This document shows, piece by piece, positions 47,772 to 57,245 of a stretch of DNA of 64,000 bases. This DNA comes from a virus (Duplodnaviria > Caudoviricetes). A program made the position numbers and the translations under genes. Each line of letters opens with the position of its first letter. Positions within the stretch are counted from its first letter, which is position 1. Under the pieces are notes generated by a model. The model did no database searches, was not told the DNA's origin, and was given only the letters and a program-made list of their open reading frames with translations. The stretch lies in IMG/VR virus record IMGVR_UViG_3300037631_006232, positions 83,117 to 147,116 of that record; one strand, given 5' to 3'.

Positions 47772-50700
47772 GTGTCTATTAGTGATAGTTTACTACAGGG
47801 ACTTAGTGCCCCCATTGCCGTATCTCAAGTTCCTGAAGATCTAGTGCCTTATACCGATTCTGCTAACCCTTTTATAGCAGCACACGAAGCAAAGTATAAG
47901 CAATTAAAGATGATGCAGGCTCTAGCAGATAAAAAAGAAAAGAAAATGCTAGATAGCATAGAGGAGTCTAAATATAAGATATCTTCTGCTATAAAAACTA
48001 GTAGCTTATCTCCTTATAGAAGAGCTCTACTAACCAAAGTAGCTAATCCTCTTCCTAAAGACACTACAGTATCTGGCCCTACGGGTACAGGTAGTCAAGG
48101 TCCTATAGGAACTACTTCAGAAGGTCCCAGGAGTACACGTAGTAATGAGCCTCTAAGTACCTCCGTACAAATCCCGGAACAAGAAGATGCTAGCGAACGC
48201 TCTCTTTTTGGAGCCTTTGGAGGAGGTAATCTTTTAGAGGATATTAGAAGAGCTTTCAATCCTAACCCAAGTATCCCAAAACCGGAAGACTTAGAAGAGG
48301 TATCTTTTGATGAGCTAAAACGGCTTAGGGATGTATATCAAAATAAGAATAGAAGCGCAACCAAGGATTTACCTAAAGACATTAAGGAAAGAAGACCAGT
48401 ATCCCTAATGGATGTAGCAACTGCTCCTTATAATACCAAGATGTTCGAAGCCTACAGAGACGCTGCAGAAAAAAAGTTTAGAGGCAGAAGATTTGCAGGC
48501 ATGAGTCCTGACAGACTAAGGTTCTATAAAGATCAGCTAGGAGGCTTTTTCTCTCCTGAAAAAAAGAATCTCAAAGACTATAGATTCGACGAAGCTATCG
48601 AAGCGGGAGAGGCTGCAGAGAACCTAGCTAGACTAGAAAAGCTTAAATTAGATACTAAAATAGACGCTAAAACCGACACCGGGTTTAGAGAACAATGGTC
48701 TAATGCGATTCAAGTACCTGAAGCTCGTTTAAAAAAACTAGACGAGTTAAGCGATAAGCCTGGTTATACTAGGATCCCTAGAGACATGCGACAACAGTTA
48801 GACGCAGAGCGTAAGCGTTTAACTAATTACGTTAATGATATGTATGATAAGTCGGAAAATTTACAAGGTCAAGAAGATGCCGCTATTATTGCGGGAGCAA
48901 CAAGAGATCCTAGCACGGGTAGCGTTCCAGGTGTAAATTACGGAGGGGGGACTTTCACAGCAAAAGAAACGCAACGTATAACTCAACCTACGGCTTACAG
49001 AAAAGCCAAGAACCAAATAAGTAATACAGCCACGCAAGGACCTAGCAACTTAGGAGCTTCGGGTCCTGTTGGCACACTACCTTCTGGTTCTATAGGACCA
49101 GGATCTCAAAGTCCTAGTAACCAGCCTATACCTCCGGAGCCCTCTCTAACTCGAAGAGAATCTACGCCACTTACTCAAGCGCCTCAAGGTTCAAGAGCGT
49201 CTACTGGGCGTATCCAGCTTAGACCTGAGTCTACAGAAGAGTTAGCTAAATTCCCGGTAGAGGAACTTAGACAGGTACAACCCACAGACCAAGGACCTAC
49301 AGATACGGCTATTGAAGGACCCACAGGTACCGTAGTACCTAGTCCCGTAGGTAACTTAACTGTAGTACCTCCACAAACAAATACCCAAGGACCTACTAGT
49401 ACTACACCTTCTAAGACACCAGCTCCTGTGGCTCCATCCCAAGCAAATACCCAAGGACCTACTAGTACTACACCCCCCAGTTCTATTGTTAACTTAGGGG
49501 TACAAGGACCTTCGGCAGCTGGTGGAGGACCCATAATACAAGCTAGTAAAACTTTGGCGGGTAACTTAGCTAATACACCTACTAACCCAGATGAGTCTGT
49601 TAAAGAACGATTAAGAAGTGCTCTACAATCTCAAGCAGCTAGAAGACAATTCCCAGGTAGAGAAGGCCGTAGGTATGATGGAAGTCAAGACTGGAAAGCA
49701 TACTTTGGTAGAAAATATCAGGGTCTTAAAAATAATGCTTCAGACTTTCTTACCGATGTAGATAGAGTCAGTACTAGGCTTCTTAGACCTATTACTGTAG
49801 GTACTCAAGATTTGGTTAGCGACGCTGCTAATAGGTTTGATTTAGTACGTAATATGTTGGGAGAAGACTCTCTAAGAGATCTCAACAAAGAGCTGTATTT
49901 CGCTACTGGTGATGATGAGTACAAATCTAGATTAGGAGATAATTCTGACTTAGGTACACGGGCAGAGTACATCGATAGCCTACGTAAAGAACGGATGGCT
50001 CGGGATTATGATTACAATAGATTCGTACCTACAGATAAAAAGAAATTAGAAGCCTATAAAAAGAATAGAGCTGCTTATGAAGCAGAAGTAGAGGAAGGAC
50101 TCAACAATTACTATGGCGTAGAAGGTAATAGGTTAGGTTTAGAGGATATAAGGACTGATAGTCCCTATAGAGACGCTCTTGGATACACTCAGAATATGCT
50201 TTCTGATCCTAAGAAGTATTTAGAGCAAACTAAAGACTATTTTACAGATAACTACCGAGCGTTACCTTCTCCTGGAGACTATTACGAGAGTCTTGATGAT
50301 GACAACCCTTTACTAGCTTTGTTCGGCGACGATGAGAGGACTTCTATTAGTGCTGTGGAAAAAGTTTTGCAGAATCCCAAAGCGCTTGAGGCTCTTTCAA
50401 GGCAGTTTGGCACTAGTAATCCTAAAGAAATACAACAAGCAATTCAGCGAGGACTAGTTCCTAATGCTGATCCTGCTGCCAAACTCAGATCTTTAGGGGC
50501 TATAGATGCTATACAAGCTGCAGGTACAGAACTAAACTATATGAGAAATGAAGATAGTGATCAGATGCCTATAGAGTTTATGGATGCGGTAGCTGATATA
50601 GAGTCTGGATTGGGTGAACTAGAAGTGCCTATTAAGACTTTAGAAGGAGAGTCCACCGGTAACTTTAATCAGTTTACTAACAATGTATTTAACATATTAG

Positions 50701-50999
50701 ATCAACTAGACTCTGATAGAGTACATCCTATAATGAAACAAAGGTTAGAGAGAACCTTAGAAGGTCAAATGAACGCTCTCACCCCTCAGCAAGCTAAACT
50801 ACTTATAGAAAAAATAAATAGGTACCAAAGAATGCAAGGAAGCATGCCTTCTACTATACCTAGTAGCCCTAGTAACTTCTTTGGCGAACTTGCAGAAGAG
50901 TATACACCCGAGCTATTCCTAACTAAGAGTCGTAAACCTCTTATAAATTTAACAAACTACCAAGGTCGTGGAAATTATAATGAACAGAAAGGAAACTAG
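47772..50999 (+). CDS. large low-complexity protein (putative internal virion/ejection protein)
   Basis: 1075 aa; KTS/KVA motifs near N-terminus; QGP(T/S) repeats. Confidence 0.6.
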   Translation: MSISDSLLQGLSAPIAVSQVPEDLVPYTDSANPFIAAHEAKYKQLKMMQALADKKEKKMLDSIEESKYKISSAIKTSSLSPYRRALLTKVANPLPKDTTVSGPTGTGSQGPIGTTSEGPRSTRSNEPLSTSVQIPEQEDASERSLFGAFGGGNLLEDIRRAFNPNPSIPKPEDLEEVSFDELKRLRDVYQNKNRSATKDLPKDIKERRPVSLMDVATAPYNTKMFEAYRDAAEKKFRGRRFAGMSPDRLRFYKDQLGGFFSPEKKNLKDYRFDEAIEAGEAAENLARLEKLKLDTKIDAKTDTGFREQWSNAIQVPEARLKKLDELSDKPGYTRIPRDMRQQLDAERKRLTNYVNDMYDKSENLQGQEDAAIIAGATRDPSTGSVPGVNYGGGTFTAKETQRITQPTAYRKAKNQISNTATQGPSNLGASGPVGTLPSGSIGPGSQSPSNQPIPPEPSLTRRESTPLTQAPQGSRASTGRIQLRPESTEELAKFPVEELRQVQPTDQGPTDTAIEGPTGTVVPSPVGNLTVVPPQTNTQGPTSTTPSKTPAPVAPSQANTQGPTSTTPPSSIVNLGVQGPSAAGGGPIIQASKTLAGNLANTPTNPDESVKERLRSALQSQAARRQFPGREGRRYDGSQDWKAYFGRKYQGLKNNASDFLTDVDRVSTRLLRPITVGTQDLVSDAANRFDLVRNMLGEDSLRDLNKELYFATGDDEYKSRLGDNSDLGTRAEYIDSLRKERMARDYDYNRFVPTDKKKLEAYKKNRAAYEAEVEEGLNNYYGVEGNRLGLEDIRTDSPYRDALGYTQNMLSDPKKYLEQTKDYFTDNYRALPSPGDYYESLDDDNPLLALFGDDERTSISAVEKVLQNPKALEALSRQFGTSNPKEIQQAIQRGLVPNADPAAKLRSLGAIDAIQAAGTELNYMRNEDSDQMPIEFMDAVADIESGLGELEVPIKTLEGESTGNFNQFTNNVFNILDQLDSDRVHPIMKQRLERTLEGQMNALTPQQAKLLIEKINRYQRMQGSMPSTIPSSPSNFFGELAEEYTPELFLTKSRKPLINLTNYQGRGNYNEQKGN

Positions 51000-51027
51000 G
51001 CTTGTTAATTAAACAAGTACAAGAAGG

Positions 51028-51477
51028 TTAAGAAGTAACCTCTAAGCACCCAATACCATTATTTTTTAGGTACTTAATACCGTCTCTTGAGTAGTTATTA
51101 CTCTCATAGATAGCCATAGTTATCCCTGCATGGTGCAATAGCTTAGCGCACATAAGACAAGGTTCACATGTAATAGCTATAGCCATATCTAAGGTACTGG
51201 CTCCTTGGCGAGCAGCATTGCAAATAGCATTCATTTCCGCATGATGACATCCTATTTGTATTTGAGTGCCGCTAGGACACTTACGTTCGCACTCGGCACC
51301 TCCACACAGGACGCCTCCTTTTCTAGGTGGGCCATTATATCCGTCAGCTATAATTACGTATGTAGTAGGATGGAATATAATAGCGCCTACTTGTCCTCTA
51401 GGGCATGGGCTCATAGTAGCAAGTAGCTTAGCGCCTTCTAATCTAAGTTTATAATGTTTATTAATAGGAGAGTACAT
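51028..51477 (-). CDS. dCMP deaminase
   Basis: SPC.R.QVGA, GYNG.P, HAEMNAI and PCLMC motifs. Confidence 0.92.
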   Translation of the reverse strand: MYSPINKHYKLRLEGAKLLATMSPCPRGQVGAIIFHPTTYVIIADGYNGPPRKGGVLCGGAECERKCPSGTQIQIGCHHAEMNAICNAARQGASTLDMAIAITCEPCLMCAKLLHHAGITMAIYESNNYSRDGIKYLKNNGIGCLEVTS

Positions 51478-51478
51478 A

Positions 51479-53071
51479 ATGTCACCTTATATGAGAGCTT
51501 ACGAGGCTGGGACAAACCTAGCACAAACAGAATTTTTTGACAAGGTTGCTAATAGGCCTGGTAGCTCAACCCCTCAAAGAGGGTCCGTGGGGACGGGTAC
51601 TGAGATGCCTGGTGCAACCTCACAAAAAAAGACACCACCCTCCTCACCACCTCTCTTAAAATCTAAAAAACTTCCTATACCGGAACAAAAACCCTCTCCT
51701 AAAGAACCTACCTCTAGTAACCCACCCGCTCCGTCTAGAAGGCGAAGAGGTAGCGCTTTTTTAGATGACATAATGTCTCGCACCTCTCGTATGGGTAAAA
51801 CACTACAAAAAGGCTATAGAGACTATATACAACCTACAGCAGACGTAGCCGCTAACTATTTAAAAGAGAATGTAGGTAAGCCTGTAAGTAGAAACTACAA
51901 TAACTTTTTACAGTCCTTCTTAGAACCAGAACAACGTAAATTTATAGCAGAACCTTCTGAGTCTCCCATGAAACCTCCTGTTAAACAGACTACAGAACAA
52001 GTTTACGAGAATATGGATTTTGACCCAGCTACGGGAGGCCCTGCTTTTAAACCTCCTGTTAAACAGACTACAGAACAAGTTTACGAGAATATGGATTTTG
52101 ACCCAGCTACGGGAGGCCCTGCTTTTAAACCTCCTGTTAAACAGACTACAGAACAAGTTTACGAGAATATGGATTTTGACCCAGCTACGGGAGGCCCTGC
52201 TTTTAAATCTGAGCCAGCACCAGCACCAGCAACAACACCTGCACCAGCACCAGCAACAACACCTGCACCAGCACCAGCAACAACACCTGCACCCGTAGTT
52301 GCACCTGCACCTGCACCTACTGAAGAAGAAGAACTTCGAAGAGAACAGGAAGCAGCTGCAGATAATCGGTTTAATGTACAAAGCGGAGGTTACGGCAGAC
52401 AGCTACGCAGATTCCGAGATCAGTTCGGAAAAGTAGAAGCTAATCGAGACCTCTTAGAAGGGTTAAACTACAAAGACTTTGCCGAAGTACTGGGGAATAG
52501 AGGCTTACGAGTAGGTGATCAGCTAGATGCTAGAGATATTCTAAGAAGGTTAAGAGAAGGAGCTCAAGGACCTGTGGATACCAGAGGTCAAGAGGATATA
52601 AGAATAAGAGACATTAGAGGTAGAGATGCTAATCGCAATCTTCTTGGTGCTCGTCGAGCTACTGAACCTGTGCAAGAACCTGTAAACATACCTCAAGAAC
52701 CAGTAGATGAGCAGGAACTACTATCCTCTCTAGAAAATGACAGTATGAGCAGAGAAATGCGTCAAAATCAAGAGGAAGCGGTGACTAGGAATAACCAACG
52801 GAATAGAAGTAATGCCCTACTCCGCGCCTTAGTTAATGACACTTCGGGTACTGGCGATATAGACGCGAGTAATCCGGAAACCTTCGGGTACGTAGAGCCT
52901 ATTTACGATGCTAGAGCAGATCGTGATTCTATATTAGATTCTAGAAGGCCTTTGGAGGATAAGTACTTAAGAGATAATGGTTTCCAAAACTTTACCCCTG
53001 AAGAAAAACAAGAATTCGATAGATTAAGTAAACTTTTAAATACAGCCGATAGAAACCTAAGACTAAGGTAA
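51479..53071 (+). CDS. KVA-leader repeat protein (putative internal virion protein)
   Basis: YMRAYEAG...FFDKVA leader; internal tandem repeats; AGGAG RBS. Confidence 0.65.
   Translation: MSPYMRAYEAGTNLAQTEFFDKVANRPGSSTPQRGSVGTGTEMPGATSQKKTPPSSPPLLKSKKLPIPEQKPSPKEPTSSNPPAPSRRRRGSAFLDDIMSRTSRMGKTLQKGYRDYIQPTADVAANYLKENVGKPVSRNYNNFLQSFLEPEQRKFIAEPSESPMKPPVKQTTEQVYENMDFDPATGGPAFKPPVKQTTEQVYENMDFDPATGGPAFKPPVKQTTEQVYENMDFDPATGGPAFKSEPAPAPATTPAPAPATTPAPAPATTPAPVVAPAPAPTEEEELRREQEAAADNRFNVQSGGYGRQLRRFRDQFGKVEANRDLLEGLNYKDFAEVLGNRGLRVGDQLDARDILRRLREGAQGPVDTRGQEDIRIRDIRGRDANRNLLGARRATEPVQEPVNIPQEPVDEQELLSSLENDSMSREMRQNQEEAVTRNNQRNRSNALLRALVNDTSGTGDIDASNPETFGYVEPIYDARADRDSILDSRRPLEDKYLRDNGFQNFTPEEKQEFDRLSKLLNTADRNLRLR
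51971..52204 (+). repeat. perfect 78-bp tandem repeat x3 (KPPVKQTTEQVYENMDFDPATGGPAF)
   Basis: identical nucleotide units, followed by PAPAPATT x3. Confidence 0.9.
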
Positions 53072-53082
53072 AGGAAAGTAAT

Positions 53083-53466
53083 ATGCAACTAACACAAAAC
53101 TTTTCGCTAAGCGAATTTAAATGCCCCGACGGAGTGTTACCAGAGGGCGAAGAACTAGAAAACTGCAAAGAGTTAGCAGAGCAGTTACAGGTTCTTAGAG
53201 AGCATATCCAGGAACCTATTAGAGTAATCTCTGGGTATAGACACCCCGAGTATAATAAGAAAATAGGAGGGGCTAAGAAGTCTCAACACATGAATGCTAG
53301 AGCAGCTGACATCAAAGTAGCAGGCATGGCCCCGGCAGAAGTACATAGAACCGTACTACAACTTATACGCGAAGGTAAGATGCTTCAAGGCGGAGTGGGC
53401 AAGTACTCTACATTTGTACACTACGATACCCGAGGCCGAGCCGCTCGTTGGAGCGGAGGTAAATAA
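53083..53466 (+). CDS. peptidase M15 (M15A-type Zn peptidase), candidate endolysin
   Basis: NFSLSEF.C, ISGYR...N..IGGA..SQH...AADI and G.G.Y..FVH.D.RG motifs. Confidence 0.9.
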   Translation: MQLTQNFSLSEFKCPDGVLPEGEELENCKELAEQLQVLREHIQEPIRVISGYRHPEYNKKIGGAKKSQHMNARAADIKVAGMAPAEVHRTVLQLIREGKMLQGGVGKYSTFVHYDTRGRAARWSGGK

Positions 53467-53525
53467 GCTACTATACTTAATAAACGTATTATACGTAATA
53501 TACTTAACATACAAAGGATCCATAT

Positions 53526-53969
53526 ATGCTTACAAAAGAATCAGCAGAGAAAATAGCTACTTCTTATTACCAACTAGGGCAACAACTAGCTTTAGAAGAA
53601 GCCGGGTTAACTAAGGTAGCAGGACCTAAGAATCCTAAAGTATCTAAAAAAAATAAAGGCAAAGCCACTTTTGGTAGGATGCAAGACATCAACCCTCCTA
53701 AAGAGCAACAAATGAGTTTCAAATCTAAAAAAATAACTCCTACAGACTCTTTTAAAAAAATAAGAGACATACCTGATAGCGATGTAGATAAGGGAATAGT
53801 GAGAGGGGATAGAAAAAAAGCTATGCGTAAGTACTTAGAAAACTCTTCTACCTTAGCAGGAGGCAAAAACCTAGGCCACCAAAATTTGTTACTAGATGAC
53901 TCACCTTTATCAGGTAAAAATAATAAAGAACTTGTGGATCATATTAAAAACCTAAGAAAAGGACGTTAA
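53526..53969 (+). CDS. KVA-leader basic protein
   Basis: YYQLGQQLALEEAGLTKVA leader. Confidence 0.6.
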   Translation: MLTKESAEKIATSYYQLGQQLALEEAGLTKVAGPKNPKVSKKNKGKATFGRMQDINPPKEQQMSFKSKKITPTDSFKKIRDIPDSDVDKGIVRGDRKKAMRKYLENSSTLAGGKNLGHQNLLLDDSPLSGKNNKELVDHIKNLRKGR

Positions 53970-53971
53970 TC

Positions 53972-54382
53972 ATGATAACTAAACAAGCAGCAGAGCAGCA
54001 AGCCCAAGAATTTTACTCACTAGGGCAACAACTAGCTTTAGAAGAAGCCGGCTTAATTAAAGAAGCCTCCTTGGGCAAAAGGTTACGGCAATTATTAGGT
54101 GGAGCAGGGGCTGTAGGAGGAGTAGCAATGTCTCCAGCGGCCTATGAAGCCTTAGGAGCCAACTTGCCTACGCGATTAGGGCAGATGATGCCTAGCTCGG
54201 CTATAGGATCTTCTCAGTTAAATGCTTTAGAGGAGCTACTAGCAGGTAAAGGCCTGCAAGGTGCTAAGAAGCACTTAGGCCACTTATCTACTGACGCTCA
54301 AATCGATAAAGAGCGCCTTATGGAAGCTTTACAAGGAGCAGGATCTTCAGCCAAAGGTTACCTAACTAGTTTAATGAACTAA
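53972..54382 (+). CDS. KEA-leader Gly-zipper protein
   Basis: FYSLGQQLALEEAGLIKEA leader, DNA-similar to that of the previous gene. Confidence 0.6.
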   Translation: MITKQAAEQQAQEFYSLGQQLALEEAGLIKEASLGKRLRQLLGGAGAVGGVAMSPAAYEALGANLPTRLGQMMPSSAIGSSQLNALEELLAGKGLQGAKKHLGHLSTDAQIDKERLMEALQGAGSSAKGYLTSLMN

Positions 54383-54553
54383 TTAGTTTTCTAAGCTTTG
54401 CTCTAACTCCCAAAGTTCTTCCTCAATATCTTCTAACTCAGAGTCGATGTCTAAATCAGGAAAATCTAAGAAGCTCTGAGCTTCTTTAAGCTCTGACTGC
54501 TTTTTGTGTAATTGCTTGATACGCTTTTTGATTTGGTCTTTGGTTATAATCAT
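54383..54553 (-). CDS. small coiled-coil protein
   Basis: ATG 54553 directly after the RNR stop codon. Confidence 0.5.
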   Translation of the reverse strand: MIITKDQIKKRIKQLHKKQSELKEAQSFLDFPDLDIDSELEDIEEELWELEQSLEN

Positions 54554-54554
54554 A

Positions 54555-56513
54555 TTAGATCTCGCATTTCCCGCTGTCACAAAAGTTATCTTCTGTATCA
54601 TGCACATTACCAGATACATTGATTTCTCCAGTGACCTTATTTTTTAGCTCCCAGTACTCTTCCTCAGTGATTTTTATATAAGGTGCTTGTTCATATTTGT
54701 GGTCTGAGATAGGAAGCAGGCTAACAGATTTTAAGCGGGTTTGGAAGTGATCTAAGCAAGCTTCTATATCCTTTGCCTCATCTTGTCTAAAAGTTACTGT
54801 AATGCTTACTTGGTTATCAGCCCAATAAGCTTGTAGATCAGCGCCATTAGCAAACTGTTGCCAGATACTAACATCATCTTTGCTTAGAGCAAAGTTTTCT
54901 TCTTTGACTGGAAAGCTAACAACCCAGGTATTGGGAGCATACTTACATAATTCTAAAGAATAACCTGCAGATCTAGCAGCCTCTACCAAAGGACTTGTGT
55001 CATCTACACGTACATTCCTAATGTAATATTCACTGTGAGCATAGTGTATCCCGGGGGTAGCTCCACATAGCAAACTTACGGTACCGCTAGGTTTTACCGA
55101 GGTGGTTTTAATGCTTTTTGGAACACATAACCAATCGGAGTATTGTGTATCAAGTGCTTGTACGTATTTCCATCCGGAATCGCATCCATCCAAGTAGTTA
55201 AATCTTCCGAATTTCGCCATCGCCTGAGTAATACCAGACTGGCTACAACCAATACGCCTATTACGGAGAGTAACGCTATTAGTATTACTATTATGAGTAG
55301 GAATAAGTGTAACTGTTTTGGCGTATAAATAAGCATACTTAAGTGTCCTTTGCCAATCAGATAAATCTTCGTGGTTAGCAGGGAATGTTTCTACCAAGCA
55401 ACATAGTTCATAAGGCTCAAGGCTTTGTTCACTACAAGGATTACTTCCCATTACTTTACTATCTTTATTATCCGCAGGATCTATCATACGAGAGTACTCC
55501 CGCATATTATCTAACCAAATAACTCCCGGCTCACCATTAGAGGCTATTAAAGGAGCTATTGAGCTGTAATCCTGCCCTACAGAGGCTTTGATACTATTGT
55601 TACTAGCCCAGCGCCTATCCATAAGAGCTTCCTGATCTTGCTTAAGTTCAATGAACTCTTGATCTCCTGGCTCTCCAAACATTATCTCAGCCGTACGTCT
55701 AATACCTCCACTAACTACACATTTACCGATATAGTTAAATATATCCACTATCTGAGAAGTAGTGACAGTAGCATTAGACAACAGCCCCGGCGTGTCCAGC
55801 ACCTTATGTATGTTAGCTACTAGATCAATAAGAGGAGCAGGTCCTGAACTAAACCCTCCAAACCCTTTTAAAGGGGCGCCTTTAGGGCGGAGTTGAGAAT
55901 AATCTACCTCCGAGCAAAGCCGGTGCTTACCCACATAGCTATCTAGCACATGTCGGATTAAATCAACCCAACCTTCTCTAGAATCTTCTACCACAAAGAC
56001 TAATTCTTTATCTATATTAGGCTTACATAAGGCTACTTCCCCTGCTCCCAAAGTATCCCCACCAACACCTACTCCTAGCATACTCATATCCATAAGGAAA
56101 CAGAAAGGGTCGGCAAAATTCCAGTATAGATTCTGGGTGCTTACGAAAGCACAGTTATTAAGAGCAGCACCGCCTTTTTGCTCTATAATATCAGTACCCA
56201 TTACCCATAAACCTCTTCCAGGAGGTAACCATTTAAAAGCCCACATACGATCGAACATTTCTTGAGCCGATCTCTGAGCCTTGCTATCAGACCAAGGTAA
56301 ATTATGCTGTTGGCAATGTGCTTTTTGCACTCGATATACACCCTCGACAACCCTACGGCAGGTTTGCCAAAATTCTTCAGTAGCCCCTTCGCCTAAAGGC
56401 CTAGCGTAAGTACGCTTGTAAGTAAAGTATCCAATAGGACCCCAGTTAGGTTGAGTATCTTTAAAACCGTCTATAAAAGAGTCGGCAAGTTTAAAATCTG
56501 CGTACTTAATCAC
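54555..56513 (-). CDS. nrdJ: class II (adenosylcobalamin-dependent) ribonucleoside-triphosphate reductase, monomeric type
   Basis: YKRTYAR, LPPGRGLW, ALNNC, GSNPCSEQ, TTSVKPSGTVS, DNQVS.TV and C-terminal FCDSGKC. Confidence 0.93.
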   Translation of the reverse strand: MIKYADFKLADSFIDGFKDTQPNWGPIGYFTYKRTYARPLGEGATEEFWQTCRRVVEGVYRVQKAHCQQHNLPWSDSKAQRSAQEMFDRMWAFKWLPPGRGLWVMGTDIIEQKGGAALNNCAFVSTQNLYWNFADPFCFLMDMSMLGVGVGGDTLGAGEVALCKPNIDKELVFVVEDSREGWVDLIRHVLDSYVGKHRLCSEVDYSQLRPKGAPLKGFGGFSSGPAPLIDLVANIHKVLDTPGLLSNATVTTSQIVDIFNYIGKCVVSGGIRRTAEIMFGEPGDQEFIELKQDQEALMDRRWASNNSIKASVGQDYSSIAPLIASNGEPGVIWLDNMREYSRMIDPADNKDSKVMGSNPCSEQSLEPYELCCLVETFPANHEDLSDWQRTLKYAYLYAKTVTLIPTHNSNTNSVTLRNRRIGCSQSGITQAMAKFGRFNYLDGCDSGWKYVQALDTQYSDWLCVPKSIKTTSVKPSGTVSLLCGATPGIHYAHSEYYIRNVRVDDTSPLVEAARSAGYSLELCKYAPNTWVVSFPVKEENFALSKDDVSIWQQFANGADLQAYWADNQVSITVTFRQDEAKDIEACLDHFQTRLKSVSLLPISDHKYEQAPYIKITEEEYWELKNKVTGEINVSGNVHDTEDNFCDSGKCEI

Positions 56514-57223
56514 TTAGTTCTACCTTCCATTACTGCGCAGTGCGCTTTCCAAGTTGTGGGGAATAGGTCTTTAATAGTAGCTTCCATGGCTTGAGCCAGT
56601 ACCCTAATCTCCCATTGAGAGTCTTTTTTATTTCTAAGATGTATAAATTTTAAACAATTATGCAAATTAGTTGTTGCTATGTACTTACAGTACATATTTT
56701 GAGGCAGCACCATTCGAGCCTGCTCTCTACATACGCCCGATTCTAAAAGAGTATTAAACAACCTAACACTCTTACGAGTATGCTTTAATACAGAATCACT
56801 AGCTTTAGTAGTCCAAGTAAGGTTAGTGCCTGGTGTACTACGTATGATAGGATTAGTATCGGTATCTTCAGAAGCTTGCCTATTAGATTTGTGCTGAGGC
56901 CTAAAAGTTTCAGGTGTATAGAACTCAAGCTCTTCGCTAGTATATCGCCTACTAACCTCATTGTAGCTCCAGGTCCTATGACGCATATGTTGTCGAGCTA
57001 CGAATAAGGGTACTACGCATCTAAACTTCAGTACACAGTGCTCAAAAGGGGACGTATGTTTATTCTTGTATAGGTAGTTAATTAGTTTCTCGTCTTTAGT
57101 AGAGATTTCTACATGCTCTACATTAAAGCTTACCCTAGCCGCGTTAACAATGTCTAAGTCAGATCCCATAGAATCTAGTAGTTCACATGATCCGATACTA
57201 TCATTGTACAGGTATGTCTTCAT
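56510..57223 (-). CDS. thyX: FAD-dependent thymidylate synthase
   Basis: VNAARVSF, H.SPFEH, RHRTWSYNEVSRRY, EQARMVLP and QWEIR. Confidence 0.95.
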   Translation of the reverse strand: MKTYLYNDSIGSCELLDSMGSDLDIVNAARVSFNVEHVEISTKDEKLINYLYKNKHTSPFEHCVLKFRCVVPLFVARQHMRHRTWSYNEVSRRYTSEELEFYTPETFRPQHKSNRQASEDTDTNPIIRSTPGTNLTWTTKASDSVLKHTRKSVRLFNTLLESGVCREQARMVLPQNMYCKYIATTNLHNCLKFIHLRNKKDSQWEIRVLAQAMEATIKDLFPTTWKAHCAVMEGRTK

Positions 57224-57245
57224 AGTAACTCACAAGGTTGAATGT

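Noticed and set aside
51920-52381. Cys/Trp-rich - strand ORF (CRCCCWCW) and the His/Gln-rich ORF at 52020
   Set aside because: Antisense and alternate-frame shadows of the repeats in 51479-53071.
54555-56513. Intein or intron in the ribonucleotide reductase
   Set aside because: The ORF is continuous, of normal size, with catalytic motifs in order and no splicing motifs.
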